Assembly (NCBI GenBank): GCA_023415205.1
Contig: JAEZLR010000029.1
Location: 158,170 to 222,169 of the forward strand
Reading direction: 5' to 3'
Length of the DNA: 64,000 bases
Origin: Bacillota bacterium
GTDB taxonomy: Bacteria; Bacillota; Clostridia; DSM-8532
Position 1 is the first letter of the stretch, and every line of letters starts with the position of its first letter. Of the stretch, positions 22,572 to 32,716 are shown in pieces. Position numbers and translations under genes: made by a program. The notes beneath the pieces were generated by a model. It did no database searches and was not told the DNA's origin. It worked only from the letters and a program-made list of their open reading frames with translations.

Positions 22572-22693
22572 TGTATCTCCCTACCTTATCTCTTTTGTTA
22601 CAAATGACAAAAAACTACTCTTCAACTATACCATATTTGTTATTTTTTTGTCAATGCGTGTTCTTCTTCCGTTTTCTCCCTGACTTTTTAGAG

Positions 22694-22731
22694 CAAAAAA
22701 ACCACCCCGGCTAGGCCTAAGCCCCGGTGGT
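22694..22731 (-). terminator. Rho-independent terminator of his operon
   Basis: GC-rich hairpin (ACCACC..GGCT/AGCC..GGTGGT) followed on minus strand by U7. Confidence 0.7.
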
Positions 22732-22797
22732 CTCATCAGGCAATAACGTTTTCTCTATTGCCGGTAAGGTCAATTTTGTGTCCCTGGAAATGATATT

Positions 22798-23559
22798 TCA
22801 GATCCGAACCGCAATCCCCTGGCTTTTCAGATACTGTTTCAGGTCGGCAATCTTCATCTCTCCAAAATGAAAGAGGGATGCTGCCAGCACCGCATCGGCT
22901 TTGCCTTCGGTTATGGCCTCCTTGAAATGCTCGAGGGTACCTGCTCCTCCCGAGGCAATGACAGGAATCCTGACCGCTTCGGAAATCGTGCGGGTCAAAG
23001 AAATGTCGTAGCCTGCCTTGGTTCCATCACAGTCCATACTGGTCAGAAGAATTTCTCCGGCGCCGCGTCTTTCTGCCTCACAGGCCCATTGTACAGCATC
23101 AAGACCCGTATTGACCCGCCCACCGTTTAGGTAGACCTCCCAACCCGATCCATCGATGCGCTGTTTGGCGTCTATAGCCACCACCACACACTGGGAGCCA
23201 AAACGTAAAGCCGCTTCGGTAATGAGCTCCGGCCTTTTGATCGCCGCTGAATTCACCCCTATTTTATCAGCCCCTGCCAGAAGAATTTGGCGGAAGTCCT
23301 CAACGGAGCGTATGCCGCCCCCCACAGTAAAGGGAATGAAAACCTGCTCTGCCACCCGGGATACCACGTCCAGCATAATACTGCGGGAGTCGGAGGAGGC
23401 CGTTATGTCCAGGAAGGTGAGCTCATCGGCTCCCGCCCTGTCATAGGCAGCGGCACAGGCCACCGGATCACCCGCATCAATAAGGTTAACAAATTGAACT
23501 CCCTTAACAACCCTCCCGCCGTGAACATCCAGGCAGGGAATGATCCTTTTTGTCAGCAT
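22798..23559 (-). CDS. hisF: imidazole glycerol phosphate synthase cyclase subunit
   Basis: RIIPCLDV N-terminus, TIM-barrel HisF-like sequence. Confidence 0.95.
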   Translation of the reverse strand: MLTKRIIPCLDVHGGRVVKGVQFVNLIDAGDPVACAAAYDRAGADELTFLDITASSDSRSIMLDVVSRVAEQVFIPFTVGGGIRSVEDFRQILLAGADKIGVNSAAIKRPELITEAALRFGSQCVVVAIDAKQRIDGSGWEVYLNGGRVNTGLDAVQWACEAERRGAGEILLTSMDCDGTKAGYDISLTRTISEAVRIPVIASGGAGTLEHFKEAITEGKADAVLAASLFHFGEMKIADLKQYLKSQGIAVRI

Positions 23560-24275
23560 GGCTTCTCTCCTAAGGCCAAAAGGGCCTGTTTTAAATCTAC
23601 CGCTCCGGTGTAAAGGGCCTTTCCTGCAATGGCGCCATGAAGGCCCACAGCCTTGAGGTTCAAAAGATCCTGGATGGAAGAAACCCCGCCAGAGGCTATG
23701 ATCTTAAGGCTCACCGCAGCCGCCATTTCTTTCATGGCCTCAAGATTGGGGCCCGAAAGCATGCCGTCGGTGGCGATATCGGTATAGATGATGGTTTGAA
23801 CGCCTAGGGATTCCATGGTGCGGGCAAAATCCAGTGCTTTGTAGCCGCTGGTCTTTTCCCAGCCTTCAATAGCCACATAGCCATCCTTGGCGTCAATGCC
23901 TATGGCAATCCGTTCTCCGTAGGCCAGGACCGCCTTTTTTACCAGATCAGGGTCTTTTACCGCACCGGTTCCTAAAATCACACGGCTGACCCCACCGTCC
24001 AGAACGGCCTCAATATCGGCAAGCGTTCTGATGCCCCCTCCGGTTTGAATGGGAATATTCAGGGTGCGGGCAATCTTACCTATGAGCTCACGGTTTCCGG
24101 CCTCACCCCGGGCGCCGTCCAGATCCACAATATGGAGGTAGCTTGCACCCGTTTCCTGAAACTTAAGCGCCATCGCCAAGGGATCGCCGGAAAAAATCGT
24201 CATGTCATCGTAGCGACCCTGGGTAAGCCGGACACATTGACCGCCACGGATATCTATAGCAGGATAGAGAATCAT
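23553..24275 (-). CDS. hisA: ProFAR isomerase
   Basis: [17 protein letters not shown]-terminus, HisA-like. Confidence 0.93.
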   Translation of the reverse strand: MILYPAIDIRGGQCVRLTQGRYDDMTIFSGDPLAMALKFQETGASYLHIVDLDGARGEAGNRELIGKIARTLNIPIQTGGGIRTLADIEAVLDGGVSRVILGTGAVKDPDLVKKAVLAYGERIAIGIDAKDGYVAIEGWEKTSGYKALDFARTMESLGVQTIIYTDIATDGMLSGPNLEAMKEMAAAVSLKIIASGGVSSIQDLLNLKAVGLHGAIAGKALYTGAVDLKQALLALGEKPC

Positions 24276-24901
24276 GTCCCTTGTACCACCTTCAAAAAAT
24301 TATTCAGAAGCCTGAAGCCCACGTCACCGCTTTTCTCGGGGTGGAACTGCATGGCAAAAAACCTGTCCCCGGCTATGGCCGCATCAAAGGTGACGCCGTA
24401 GTCGGTGGTTGCGGCCACTAAACGCTTATCAGCCGCATCCACATAATAGGAATGAACAAAATAGACATAGGATTCCGGGCTCAAACCTTCAAAAAAAGGG
24501 GAATCCTTTGAAAAGGCCAGGGTATTCCATCCCATGTGGGGCACTTTCAGCCCCTCTGCGTCTGGAAATCGCTTAACCTTCCCTTTAAAAAGACCCAGTC
24601 CCGGAATATCTGGCATGCCTTCGGGATGCTCGCAACTGGATTCAAAAAGCATCTGATAGCCCAGGCATATCCCTAAAAAGGGCTTTTTCATTTCAAAGCA
24701 TGCCCTGACCACGCGATCCATACCTTTTTTAATCAGGCTTTCCATGCAATCGGAAAAGGCCCCGACTCCGGGAAGCACAACTGCCTCGCTATTCAGAATG
24801 GCCTGTGCATCAGCGGTGATAAGGGGCTGGGCGCCGGCCCGTTCAAGGGCCTTGGCCACACTCCTTAAGTTACCCGCGTCATAATCAATGATGGATATCA
24901 T
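24272..24901 (-). CDS. hisH: imidazole glycerol phosphate synthase glutamine amidotransferase subunit
   Basis: Class I GATase with catalytic Cys (GICLGYQ) and HPE triad. Confidence 0.93.
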   Translation of the reverse strand: MISIIDYDAGNLRSVAKALERAGAQPLITADAQAILNSEAVVLPGVGAFSDCMESLIKKGMDRVVRACFEMKKPFLGICLGYQMLFESSCEHPEGMPDIPGLGLFKGKVKRFPDAEGLKVPHMGWNTLAFSKDSPFFEGLSPESYVYFVHSYYVDAADKRLVAATTDYGVTFDAAIAGDRFFAMQFHPEKSGDVGFRLLNNFLKVVQGT

Positions 24902-24904
24902 AGC

Positions 24905-25792
24905 TTAAAACTTCTTTCCTGTCAGCCGCTCATAGGCCTCAATGTACTTGGCTCTTGTCTTTTGGATGACCTCCTCGGGAAGGCGTGGCGCCGGAGGCTG
25001 TTTATCCCAGTCCAGGGACTCCAGATATTCCCTCAGATATTGCTTATCAAAGCTTTTTTGGGGCCGTCCGGGTTCATATTCAGCCAACTCCCAGAATCGG
25101 GAGGAATCCGGTGTGAACATTTCATCGGCAATCACCAACTTACCATCCAGCATGCCGAATTCGAACTTGGTATCTGCCAGGATAATGCCACGGCTCAACG
25201 CATAGTCATTGGCTTTCCTGTAAAGGGCAATGGAGGTGTCCTTGAGCAAGGAGGCCAGCTCGTCACCGATCTGCTGCCTGACATAGTCGTAGCTGACATT
25301 GATATCATGGCCTTCCTTGGCCTTGGTGGAAGGCGTAAAGATGGGCTCAGGCAGCCTATCGGCCTGTTTTAGGCCTGAGGGAAGCTTAATACCGCTCACT
25401 TCTCCGGTGGTCTTGTAATCCTTGAGCCCTGAACCTTCCAGATAGCCCCGAACAATACATTCGGCCTCCACCATTTTGACTTTTCTCACCAGCATGGAGC
25501 GGCCCGACAGTTCTTCCTTGAATTTAGAAAGGCCCATGGGATACTCGGAGACATCGGTGGTGACCACATGATTTCCAATGATATCCTTGCAGTAATCAAA
25601 CCAAAAGGCCGAAATGCCGTTAAGCAGGCAACCCTTATCAGGAATTAGGTCATCAAAGACCACATCAAAGGCTGAAATACGGTCTGTGACAATCATCAGG
25701 AGCATATCTGCCCCAACTTCATAAACATCTCTGACTTTCCCTTTGATAAAAACGGGAAGATCAATAAAATTCGTATCTCTTAACAGCATCAC
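24905..25792 (-). CDS. purC: phosphoribosylaminoimidazole-succinocarboxamide (SAICAR) synthase, long form
   Basis: LADTKFEFG motif and overall SAICAR synthetase similarity; embedded between hisB and hisH. Confidence 0.88.
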   Translation of the reverse strand: MMLLRDTNFIDLPVFIKGKVRDVYEVGADMLLMIVTDRISAFDVVFDDLIPDKGCLLNGISAFWFDYCKDIIGNHVVTTDVSEYPMGLSKFKEELSGRSMLVRKVKMVEAECIVRGYLEGSGLKDYKTTGEVSGIKLPSGLKQADRLPEPIFTPSTKAKEGHDINVSYDYVRQQIGDELASLLKDTSIALYRKANDYALSRGIILADTKFEFGMLDGKLVIADEMFTPDSSRFWELAEYEPGRPQKSFDKQYLREYLESLDWDKQPPAPRLPEEVIQKTRAKYIEAYERLTGKKF

Positions 25793-25845
25793 TTATTCCT
25801 CCATCTATTTTCCTGCAAGAAGATTGGCCCCTTGCTTTTTTACAC

Positions 25846-26436
25846 TTATAATAAACCCTTTGTGGACAGAACACCCTGTATGGAAGGATCTATAGTCACG
25901 GCCTCCCGAAGGGCCCTGGCAAAGGCTTTGAACACGGCCTCAATGATATGATGATTGTTCTTGCCATGGAAGAGCTTTACATGAAGCGTCATGCCTGCAT
26001 TTACCGAAAGTGCACGGAAAAACTCTTCAAACATTTCGGTGTCCAGCTCTCCTGTTCTGGCGTTGGAGAAGGGCACCTCAAAATATAGGTAGGGGCGGTT
26101 GGATAGATCCAGGGAAACCAATGCCAGAGACTCATCCATGGGCACCATACTGCTGCCGAATCTTTTAATGGATTCCCTGTTACCAAGCGCCTCCCCAATG
26201 GCCTTCCCCAGCACGATACCGATATCCTCCACCGTATGGTGGACATCCACATGAAGATCGCCCTTGCAGGTCAAGGCAAGATCAAAGCGGCCATGCCCGG
26301 AAAAAAGGGCAAGCATGTGATCCAAAAAGCCAATGCCCGTATCCAGGGTATTTTGGCCCGTCCCATCCAGATTCAAGGATAGGGTGATCTCGGTTTCCTT
26401 TGTGTTTCTCACCAATTGGGCATTTCTCATAGTCAT
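25846..26436 (-). CDS. hisB: imidazoleglycerol-phosphate dehydratase
   Basis: RNTKETEI, DTGIGFLDHML, HHxxE motifs. Confidence 0.95.
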   Translation of the reverse strand: MTMRNAQLVRNTKETEITLSLNLDGTGQNTLDTGIGFLDHMLALFSGHGRFDLALTCKGDLHVDVHHTVEDIGIVLGKAIGEALGNRESIKRFGSSMVPMDESLALVSLDLSNRPYLYFEVPFSNARTGELDTEMFEEFFRALSVNAGMTLHVKLFHGKNNHHIIEAVFKAFARALREAVTIDPSIQGVLSTKGLL

Positions 26437-26581
26437 TACCTCTTAATCATTAATGGGGTTAAGCTTAAGTTTGATGGGATTTTTGCAGTCTTTCTTGTTA
26501 TAACTTGCAGTATAGCTATAAATGAGCCTTTATTAGCGTAAAATTTGACTTATAGACAGAATCATTATAGCATCTAGGGGC

Positions 26582-27643
26582 TTACTCTGCCATGATCTTC
26601 TTGATGATTTCAACAACTTTTTTCATGTCTGGCTGAGTCCCAATGGTCATACGGAGCCATTGGGCAATGGAGGGATGATTGAAATTCCTCACCAGGACAC
26701 CCTCTTGCCGTAATCTGGCCATAGCATCGGGTCCACTGATTCCCGGCAGCCGGATAAAAAGAAAGTTTGTCAAAGAATCGGTCACATCCACCCCCAGAGC
26801 CCTAAGCTCCTCTTTGGTGTTTTCCCGGGTTTCTATGATCCTCTCCCTCATGGTGTTAAAATAGGTTTGATCCTCAAAGGCTGCCTCGGCGGCAATCTGG
26901 GCCAGGGTATCCAAGGGATAGGAATTAAAGGAATCCTTCACCCTGACCAATCCCTCCATCAGGTCCTGGCAGCCCATGGCCAGACCCACACGGAGTCCCG
27001 CTAAAGCCCGGGACTTTGATAGGGTCTGAATAACGATCAAGTTATCATAGCTTTTTATGAGTGGTACGCAGGATTCTCCGCCAAAGTCCACATAGGCCTC
27101 GTCCACCACCACAAGGGTATGGGGGCGGGCCTTCAGCAAGGTTTCAATGGCCTTACGGGGCAGCCCCAGCCCGGTGGGTGCGTTGGGGTTGGCAAATACG
27201 ATTGCCTTAGCCTCTTCGGGGTATTTATAAAGGTCAATGGTAAAGTCCTCATTCACAGGCACTTTGGTATAGGGTATTTCATAAAGGGCACTGTAAACGG
27301 GGTAGAAGCTGTAGGTAATATCCGGAAAGGCAATGGGGGTGGTCTCATCAAAGAAGGCCTTGAAAAGGAAGGCCAGAACCTCATCCGAGCCGTTTCCAGC
27401 AAAAACCTCATTTTCAGAGAGGCCATAAAATTGTGCAACTGCTTTTTTTACTATCAGGCCCTCGGTGTTGGGATAGAGGCGAACCTCATCAAGATTGAAG
27501 CCTTTGATTCTATCCATGACCAAAGGTGACGGCGGATAGGGATTTTCATTGGTATTAAGCTTGATAAGGCTTTTGTCCTTGGGCTGCTCCCCGGCAACAT
27601 AGGGCACAAGGCTTTTTGTATTACGGTTCCAGAATTTGCTCAT
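26582..27643 (-). CDS. hisC: histidinol-phosphate aminotransferase
   Basis: NENPYPPSP motif, class II aminotransferase PLP-lysine region (LSKSRALAGLRVG). Confidence 0.93.
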   Translation of the reverse strand: MSKFWNRNTKSLVPYVAGEQPKDKSLIKLNTNENPYPPSPLVMDRIKGFNLDEVRLYPNTEGLIVKKAVAQFYGLSENEVFAGNGSDEVLAFLFKAFFDETTPIAFPDITYSFYPVYSALYEIPYTKVPVNEDFTIDLYKYPEEAKAIVFANPNAPTGLGLPRKAIETLLKARPHTLVVVDEAYVDFGGESCVPLIKSYDNLIVIQTLSKSRALAGLRVGLAMGCQDLMEGLVRVKDSFNSYPLDTLAQIAAEAAFEDQTYFNTMRERIIETRENTKEELRALGVDVTDSLTNFLFIRLPGISGPDAMARLRQEGVLVRNFNHPSIAQWLRMTIGTQPDMKKVVEIIKKIMAE

Positions 27644-28941
27644 CGTCGGACCTCCCCAGTACGGATGCGAATAGCCTGAGCGTGGGCAGACAAGCCCTCA
27701 GCGTCGGCAAAGGCTGCCACATAGGGCGCCGCCTCCATAAAGGCCTTTTGGCTGTATGAGATGACACTCTGGCGTTTGACAAAATCGTAAACCCCCAAGG
27801 GTGAGAAAAATCTGGCTGTTCCCGTGGTGGGAAGCGTGTGGTTGGGTCCCGCAAAATAGTCTCCCACCGCTTCGGGAGAATGGTTTCCTAAAAAGATAGC
27901 TCCCGCATTCTTTATTCCCGATAAAAGGGAGAAGGGATTGAGGGTGCAAATCTCCAAATGCTCTGGCGCAATCTGGTTGGAGAGGCTCACTGCCTCCTCA
28001 AGATCAGGGGTGATCACAATGGCTCCGTAATCCTCTAAGGAACGGGCGGCAATGGCGTTTCTTTCGAGCCTGGAGAGCTGAGCCTCAACTTCACCTTGAA
28101 CCCTAAGGGCCATCTCAGAGGAGGTCGTCACTAATATGGCAGAAGAAAGCCTGTCATGCTCTGCCTGGGATAAAAGATCTGCCGCGACATAGGCCGGATT
28201 GGCTGAACCATCGGCAATGACCAATACCTCACTGGGGCCTGCGATCATATCAATGCCACAGGCTCCAAAGACCTGCTTCTTGGCCGTTGCCACATAGATA
28301 TTTCCGGGGCCCACAATCTTATCCACCCTGGGCAGGGTCTGGGTTCCGTAAGCCATGGCGGCAACCGCCTGAGCACCTCCCAATGCAAAAGCCCTGTCGA
28401 TTCCGGCGAGCTTGGCGCAGGCCAGAACCAAGGGGTTGATCTTTCCGTCCTTCTGGGGAGGCGAACAAAGAATAATTTCTTCCACCCCTGCAACCTTGGC
28501 GGGAATAACATCCATTAAAACGGTGGAAGGCAGGGGAGCCGTGCCTGCCGGGGCATAGACGCCCACCCGGCTTAAGGGGGTCACCTTCTGACCCAGCAGG
28601 GTGCCGTCCGCCTGGGTCATAAACCAGGAATTCTCACGTTGTCTCTCATGAAAAGCCCGAATATTTGCCGCCGCTTTTTCTATGGCCTTAAGGAGTTCTC
28701 CGTCCACCCCAAGAAGGGCCTCCTCCAGCTCGGCCTCGGAAACCTCAAGGGTTTGCGGCGTCAGGTTCACCCCGTCAAATTTAGCGGTATATTCAAGTAA
28801 CGCAGTATCGCCCCGTTCGCGGACGTTGCGGAGGATGTTTAAAACCGTTTCCTCCACATCCTTTCGTCCTTCAGGGCTACGTGTCCTCAGGGCTTCGAAA
28901 AGCGGCGCCATGGAATCCTTGCCATATTCATAAACCTTCAT
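27640..28941 (-). CDS. hisD: histidinol dehydrogenase
   Basis: HisD-like sequence with Zn/NAD-binding regions (SAEHD-like 'SQAEHD'). Confidence 0.93.
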   Translation of the reverse strand: MKVYEYGKDSMAPLFEALRTRSPEGRKDVEETVLNILRNVRERGDTALLEYTAKFDGVNLTPQTLEVSEAELEEALLGVDGELLKAIEKAAANIRAFHERQRENSWFMTQADGTLLGQKVTPLSRVGVYAPAGTAPLPSTVLMDVIPAKVAGVEEIILCSPPQKDGKINPLVLACAKLAGIDRAFALGGAQAVAAMAYGTQTLPRVDKIVGPGNIYVATAKKQVFGACGIDMIAGPSEVLVIADGSANPAYVAADLLSQAEHDRLSSAILVTTSSEMALRVQGEVEAQLSRLERNAIAARSLEDYGAIVITPDLEEAVSLSNQIAPEHLEICTLNPFSLLSGIKNAGAIFLGNHSPEAVGDYFAGPNHTLPTTGTARFFSPLGVYDFVKRQSVISYSQKAFMEAAPYVAAFADAEGLSAHAQAIRIRTGEVRR

Positions 28942-28998
28942 GAAAAATCACTCCTCTATCTCCCTGGCCATCTAAAACCCCATTGGCCAGGATTCATC

Positions 28999-29655
28999 CT
29001 ATTTCTCAGCGCTTTTCCCGGCTTCAAGCTGAGAGCGCATGGACTCGATCATGCGCGTAATCCGTTCGTTTTCCATTTTCATACTCACGCGATTGACAAT
29101 CATTCTTGCACTGATATCGGCAATGGTATCCAAAACCACAAGCCCATTTTCCTTAAGGGTTCTACCCGTCTCAACAAGATCCACGATAACCTCCGACAGG
29201 CCCACCAAGGGAGCCAGCTCGATGGAACCGCTCAGTTTGATGATCTCCACAGACTCACGACGCTTATGCCGGAAATACATCCGCGCCATCTCGGGATATT
29301 TGGTCGCCACCCGAGTGATGGAGATGGAATCCATCCGTCCTTCAAGCTCTTTGGGCCCCGCTACGCACATCTGGCATTTGGCAAAACCCAGATTGAGCAC
29401 TTCATAGAGGTCACGGCCCTCCTCCAAGAGCGTATCCTTACCCACAATTCCGATATCTGCCGCTCCATATTCCACATACACGGGTACATCGGCCGGCTTA
29501 GCCAGAAAAAAGCGGATTTTATTGGCCTCATCGGTGAGGATGAGCTTTCTAGAGTTTCCTTTAAGCTCTGTGCAATCCACACCGGCACCCTCCAGCAGGT
29601 CTATACTCAGCTCGGTGAGCCTGCCCTTGGCAAGCGCAATGGTAATATACCTCAT
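28999..29655 (-). CDS. hisG: ATP phosphoribosyltransferase, short form
   Basis: ~218 aa HisG lacking C-terminal regulatory domain; paired with hisZ. Confidence 0.92.
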   Translation of the reverse strand: MRYITIALAKGRLTELSIDLLEGAGVDCTELKGNSRKLILTDEANKIRFFLAKPADVPVYVEYGAADIGIVGKDTLLEEGRDLYEVLNLGFAKCQMCVAGPKELEGRMDSISITRVATKYPEMARMYFRHKRRESVEIIKLSGSIELAPLVGLSEVIVDLVETGRTLKENGLVVLDTIADISARMIVNRVSMKMENERITRMIESMRSQLEAGKSAEK

Positions 29656-30860
29656 AGGTCAAGCTCCTTTCTGGAACCGTCTTTCAGGATTTGAACAAGA
29701 TGGTTGAGGCCCATAGCAAGGGCATACTTTCTAGCTTCCTCGGGGCCTTTTCTCTGGATATCCAGCTCGGCGGGAATCCCCTTGGCAATAAGCTCCCTGC
29801 AAAAATCACCGGCAAGCCTGCGGGCCCCTTCCTCATAGGTTACAAGGAAGCCTTCCTCACGGTTCTCCCCGAGCTTTTTTTGGCGTTCAAGAGCCATCAA
29901 TACCATGTTGATACCCAGGGAAAAGCCTGTGGCTTCACATTCCTTACCAAATTTCTCAACCAGCCGGTCATAACGACCCCCGCTTAGAATGGGAAAGCCC
30001 ACCCCATAGGTGAAGCCTCTGAAAACCAGACCGGTATAATAGTTAAGGCTCTGAACCATTCCCAGATCAATGGAGACATAGTCGGACAGATTTCTGTCCT
30101 CCAAAATCTCAAGAACGGCTTTAATACTCATAAGCGCCTTGGAGGCGCGCTCTCCGATATCCTCTTGGTTAATTTTCTGAAGGATGTCCTTTGAGCCGAA
30201 AAGCTTGGGAAGATCCAATATAAGACGTCTTATGGTCTCTTTGACCTGGTGGCGGTCCATGACCTGCTCTACCCCGACAAAATCCTTTAGATCAATCAGC
30301 TCACGAACCTCCTCCACCTCTTCAGGGGAGAGACCCGATTCCTCCATCAGCCCCTTGAAGAAATCCACCTGCCCAATGTCAATCTGGAACTCCTCAATAC
30401 CGGTGGTTCTGATGGCTTCGACGGCCATGGCCACCACCTCGGCATCGGACTCCGGGGTGTTGGTGCCCAGAATCTCACAACCCGCCTGAGTGAACTCGTT
30501 CTGCCTTCCCCCTCCCAGCTCGTCAAAGCTGAAGGTATTGCCTAGGTAACAGCACTTCAAGGGGAATGCAGCCTCTTTAAGCTTGGTGGCGGCCACCCGG
30601 GCCACCGGAACGGTGAGGTCGGGTCTTAAAACCAGCAGTCGGCCCTTGGAATCACAGAACTTATACATGCTTTCCTGCTTGATAAGGCCTCTCTCCCCCC
30701 CAAACACATCAAAAAATTCGATGGTGGGGGTCTCCAGTTCCCGGTATCCGTTGAGTCTGAACACCTCTCGTATTTTATTCTCCAAGTTACGCTTTTGCCG
30801 GCAGGAAGCGAACAGGATGTCCTGTACCCCTTCGGGGGTGTAAATATTCCATCTTTTCAT
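29652..30860 (-). CDS. hisZ: ATP phosphoribosyltransferase regulatory subunit (HisRS paralog)
   Basis: Class II aaRS-like core without anticodon-binding domain; directly upstream of short hisG; GAGGAG RBS. Confidence 0.9.
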   Translation of the reverse strand: MKRWNIYTPEGVQDILFASCRQKRNLENKIREVFRLNGYRELETPTIEFFDVFGGERGLIKQESMYKFCDSKGRLLVLRPDLTVPVARVAATKLKEAAFPLKCCYLGNTFSFDELGGGRQNEFTQAGCEILGTNTPESDAEVVAMAVEAIRTTGIEEFQIDIGQVDFFKGLMEESGLSPEEVEEVRELIDLKDFVGVEQVMDRHQVKETIRRLILDLPKLFGSKDILQKINQEDIGERASKALMSIKAVLEILEDRNLSDYVSIDLGMVQSLNYYTGLVFRGFTYGVGFPILSGGRYDRLVEKFGKECEATGFSLGINMVLMALERQKKLGENREEGFLVTYEEGARRLAGDFCRELIAKGIPAELDIQRKGPEEARKYALAMGLNHLVQILKDGSRKELDL

Positions 30861-30917
30861 GGGCTCTCCTCACTTCACCACTTTATCACAGTGAAGTACT
30901 AAATAGTTAATGTAATT

Positions 30918-30947
30918 AGTTTACAAAAAGATGCTTGTCCCTGTCAA
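30918..30947 (-). promoter_or_regulatory. candidate sigma-A promoter of the his operon (TTGACA-17/18-TAAACT), short ~70-nt leader, no T-box
   Basis: Reverse complement reads TTGACAgggacaagcatctttttgTAAACT upstream of hisZ. Confidence 0.45.
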
Positions 30948-31089
30948 GTAAAAAATATGATAAATTTGGATTTTACCCCGTGAAAATAAAAGAAAAAGAC
31001 TGTTCCAAAAAAAGGAGATAGGCCGTGATGTTTAAATCTGATATGCCTCCGCAGGAGCAGATAAAGTTGTCATGCGAGAGTGTAGGTCG

Positions 31090-31117
31090 AGTGAGGTAAA
31101 AGCAACAGGATGTTGCT
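31090..31117 (-). terminator. Rho-independent terminator (AAAAGCAACA-TCC-TGTTGCTTTT) downstream of flotillin operon
   Basis: Perfect 9-10 bp stem with U-tract on minus strand; also hairpin-forming on plus strand. Confidence 0.7.
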
Positions 31118-31298
31118 TTTAGCCGGCACGCGCCTGGATGGCGCGGTTGCCAGCGACCCAGGGGAACTTGGCGAAGCAAGTTCCCCCACGAGAACAAACT
31201 CGAGCATAAACAACTTCCTGCGACGAGGACAGCAAGAAGATTTGAACATCATAGCCTATCATAAGACTAACTTTTGAGCCAGTCCCTCTTTATCTACC

Positions 31299-32702
31299 TT
31301 ATTCTGCGGTTACTTCAGCGGGCTTCTGCTCGCCTTCATCTTTTGCCGCATCCTTCCCCAGGTATTCGGGAAGCTCCATACCGGCCATTTTAAACATTTC
31401 ATTCATCGGAGGGATGGACTTGAGCATACCCGAGAGAAAATTGGCGGTTGCCGGGGTTCCCTCTTTGCTGCCCATGCTGTCCCAAACGGTGACCTTGTCA
31501 ATCTTGATACCCTTGATGGCCTCGACCTGGATTTTCATGAGCTCTTCCATCTTGTCTGCCAGTAATAGACGGGTTGCGTTAAGGGCATCGCCACCGGCGG
31601 CTTGAACCAGTTGGGTATAACCCATGGCCTGCTTGGTGAGGATTTCCTGCATACCGCGGGCCTCAGCTTCCATCTTCAGGTAGATAGCGTCGGCCTGGCC
31701 CTTGGCCACACGTCTGGTCTGCTCGGCTTGGGCTTCGGCCTCCAGTTCAAGCTTGCGCTTCTGAATCTCAGCCTTAACCAATACGTCGGCCTCCTGGGTC
31801 GCCTTTTCACGGGCGGCACGAGCGGCTTCAGCTTCCTGTTCTGCAACATAGGCTTCTTGCAGCGCCTTGGCACCCTGAATCTTCTCCGCAGCGGTTGCGC
31901 GCTTGAGGGCCTCGGCCTCGCGCTCACGGCGGGTGGCGTTGGATTGGGCCACCTGGGCCTGGGATTCATTTTCACCCTTTATGGCCTCGGAGTCGGCCTG
32001 GGCTACCTGGATTCTCTGATCACGGCGGGCATTGGCTTCACCAATGGCACCGTCTCTGTCCTTCTCGGCAACGGAACGTTTGGCGTCGTTGATAGCCTTA
32101 GCTGCGGCTTCCTTACCCAAAGCCACGATATAGCCTGATTCATCATTGATGTCGGTGACATTAACGTTAATAAGCCTTAAGCCAATTTTCTTAAGCTCTG
32201 TTTCAACGTTGCTGGATACAGCCTCCAAAAATTTATCACGGTCGGTATTGATTTCTTCAATATCCATGGTTGCGATAACTAGACGCAATTGACCAAAGAT
32301 AATGTCCTTGGCAAGCTCTTGAATCTGGGCCAGCTTCAAGCCTAATAAACGTTCGGCAGCATTCTGCATGACGCCATGCTCGGTGGAAATACCCACCGTA
32401 AAGCTTGAAGGCACGTCAATACGGATATTCTGACGGCTCAGTGCATTTTTAAGATCAACACTGATGGACATGGGCGTAAGGTCCATATATTCATAAGCCT
32501 GAATAATCGGCCATATGAAAGAGGCACCACCATGAACACATTTGGCTGACAACGCGGAACCGTCCTTGGCAGAGCCAACATTACCGTAAATAACCATGAT
32601 TTTGTCAGAGGGACATTTGCGGTATCTTGAGACAATGAACATAAAGGTTGAGACAATAAGGATAATGATAACACTAATCAGAATGAAACTTGCATCGGGC
32701 AT
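31299..32702 (-). CDS. floT: flotillin (SPFH/band-7 family, FloT/YuaG-like)
   Basis: N-terminal TM, SPFH domain, long EA-rich coiled-coil repeats, flotillin C-terminus; ATG 32702 with GGAGG RBS overlapping nfeD stop. Confidence 0.9.
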   Translation of the reverse strand: MPDASFILISVIIILIVSTFMFIVSRYRKCPSDKIMVIYGNVGSAKDGSALSAKCVHGGASFIWPIIQAYEYMDLTPMSISVDLKNALSRQNIRIDVPSSFTVGISTEHGVMQNAAERLLGLKLAQIQELAKDIIFGQLRLVIATMDIEEINTDRDKFLEAVSSNVETELKKIGLRLINVNVTDINDESGYIVALGKEAAAKAINDAKRSVAEKDRDGAIGEANARRDQRIQVAQADSEAIKGENESQAQVAQSNATRREREAEALKRATAAEKIQGAKALQEAYVAEQEAEAARAAREKATQEADVLVKAEIQKRKLELEAEAQAEQTRRVAKGQADAIYLKMEAEARGMQEILTKQAMGYTQLVQAAGGDALNATRLLLADKMEELMKIQVEAIKGIKIDKVTVWDSMGSKEGTPATANFLSGMLKSIPPMNEMFKMAGMELPEYLGKDAAKDEGEQKPAEVTAE

Positions 32703-32716
32703 TACAATTGACCTCC

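Noticed and set aside
31100-31260. SRP RNA / 6S RNA identity for the structured intergenic element
   Set aside because: Only loose resemblance (GCGUGCCGG, GUCGCAGGAAG) to 4.5S RNA domain IV; conserved GGAAGCAGCCAAGG motif absent, so no family can be assigned by eye.
30861-31298. Possible His T-box riboswitch/attenuator upstream of hisZ
   Set aside because: A sigma-A-like promoter (TTGACA...TAAACT) lies only ~70-100 nt upstream of hisZ and downstream of the hairpins; the T-box consensus AGGGUGGNACCGCG is not present (only a loose GGGTCGCTGGCAACCGCG resemblance).
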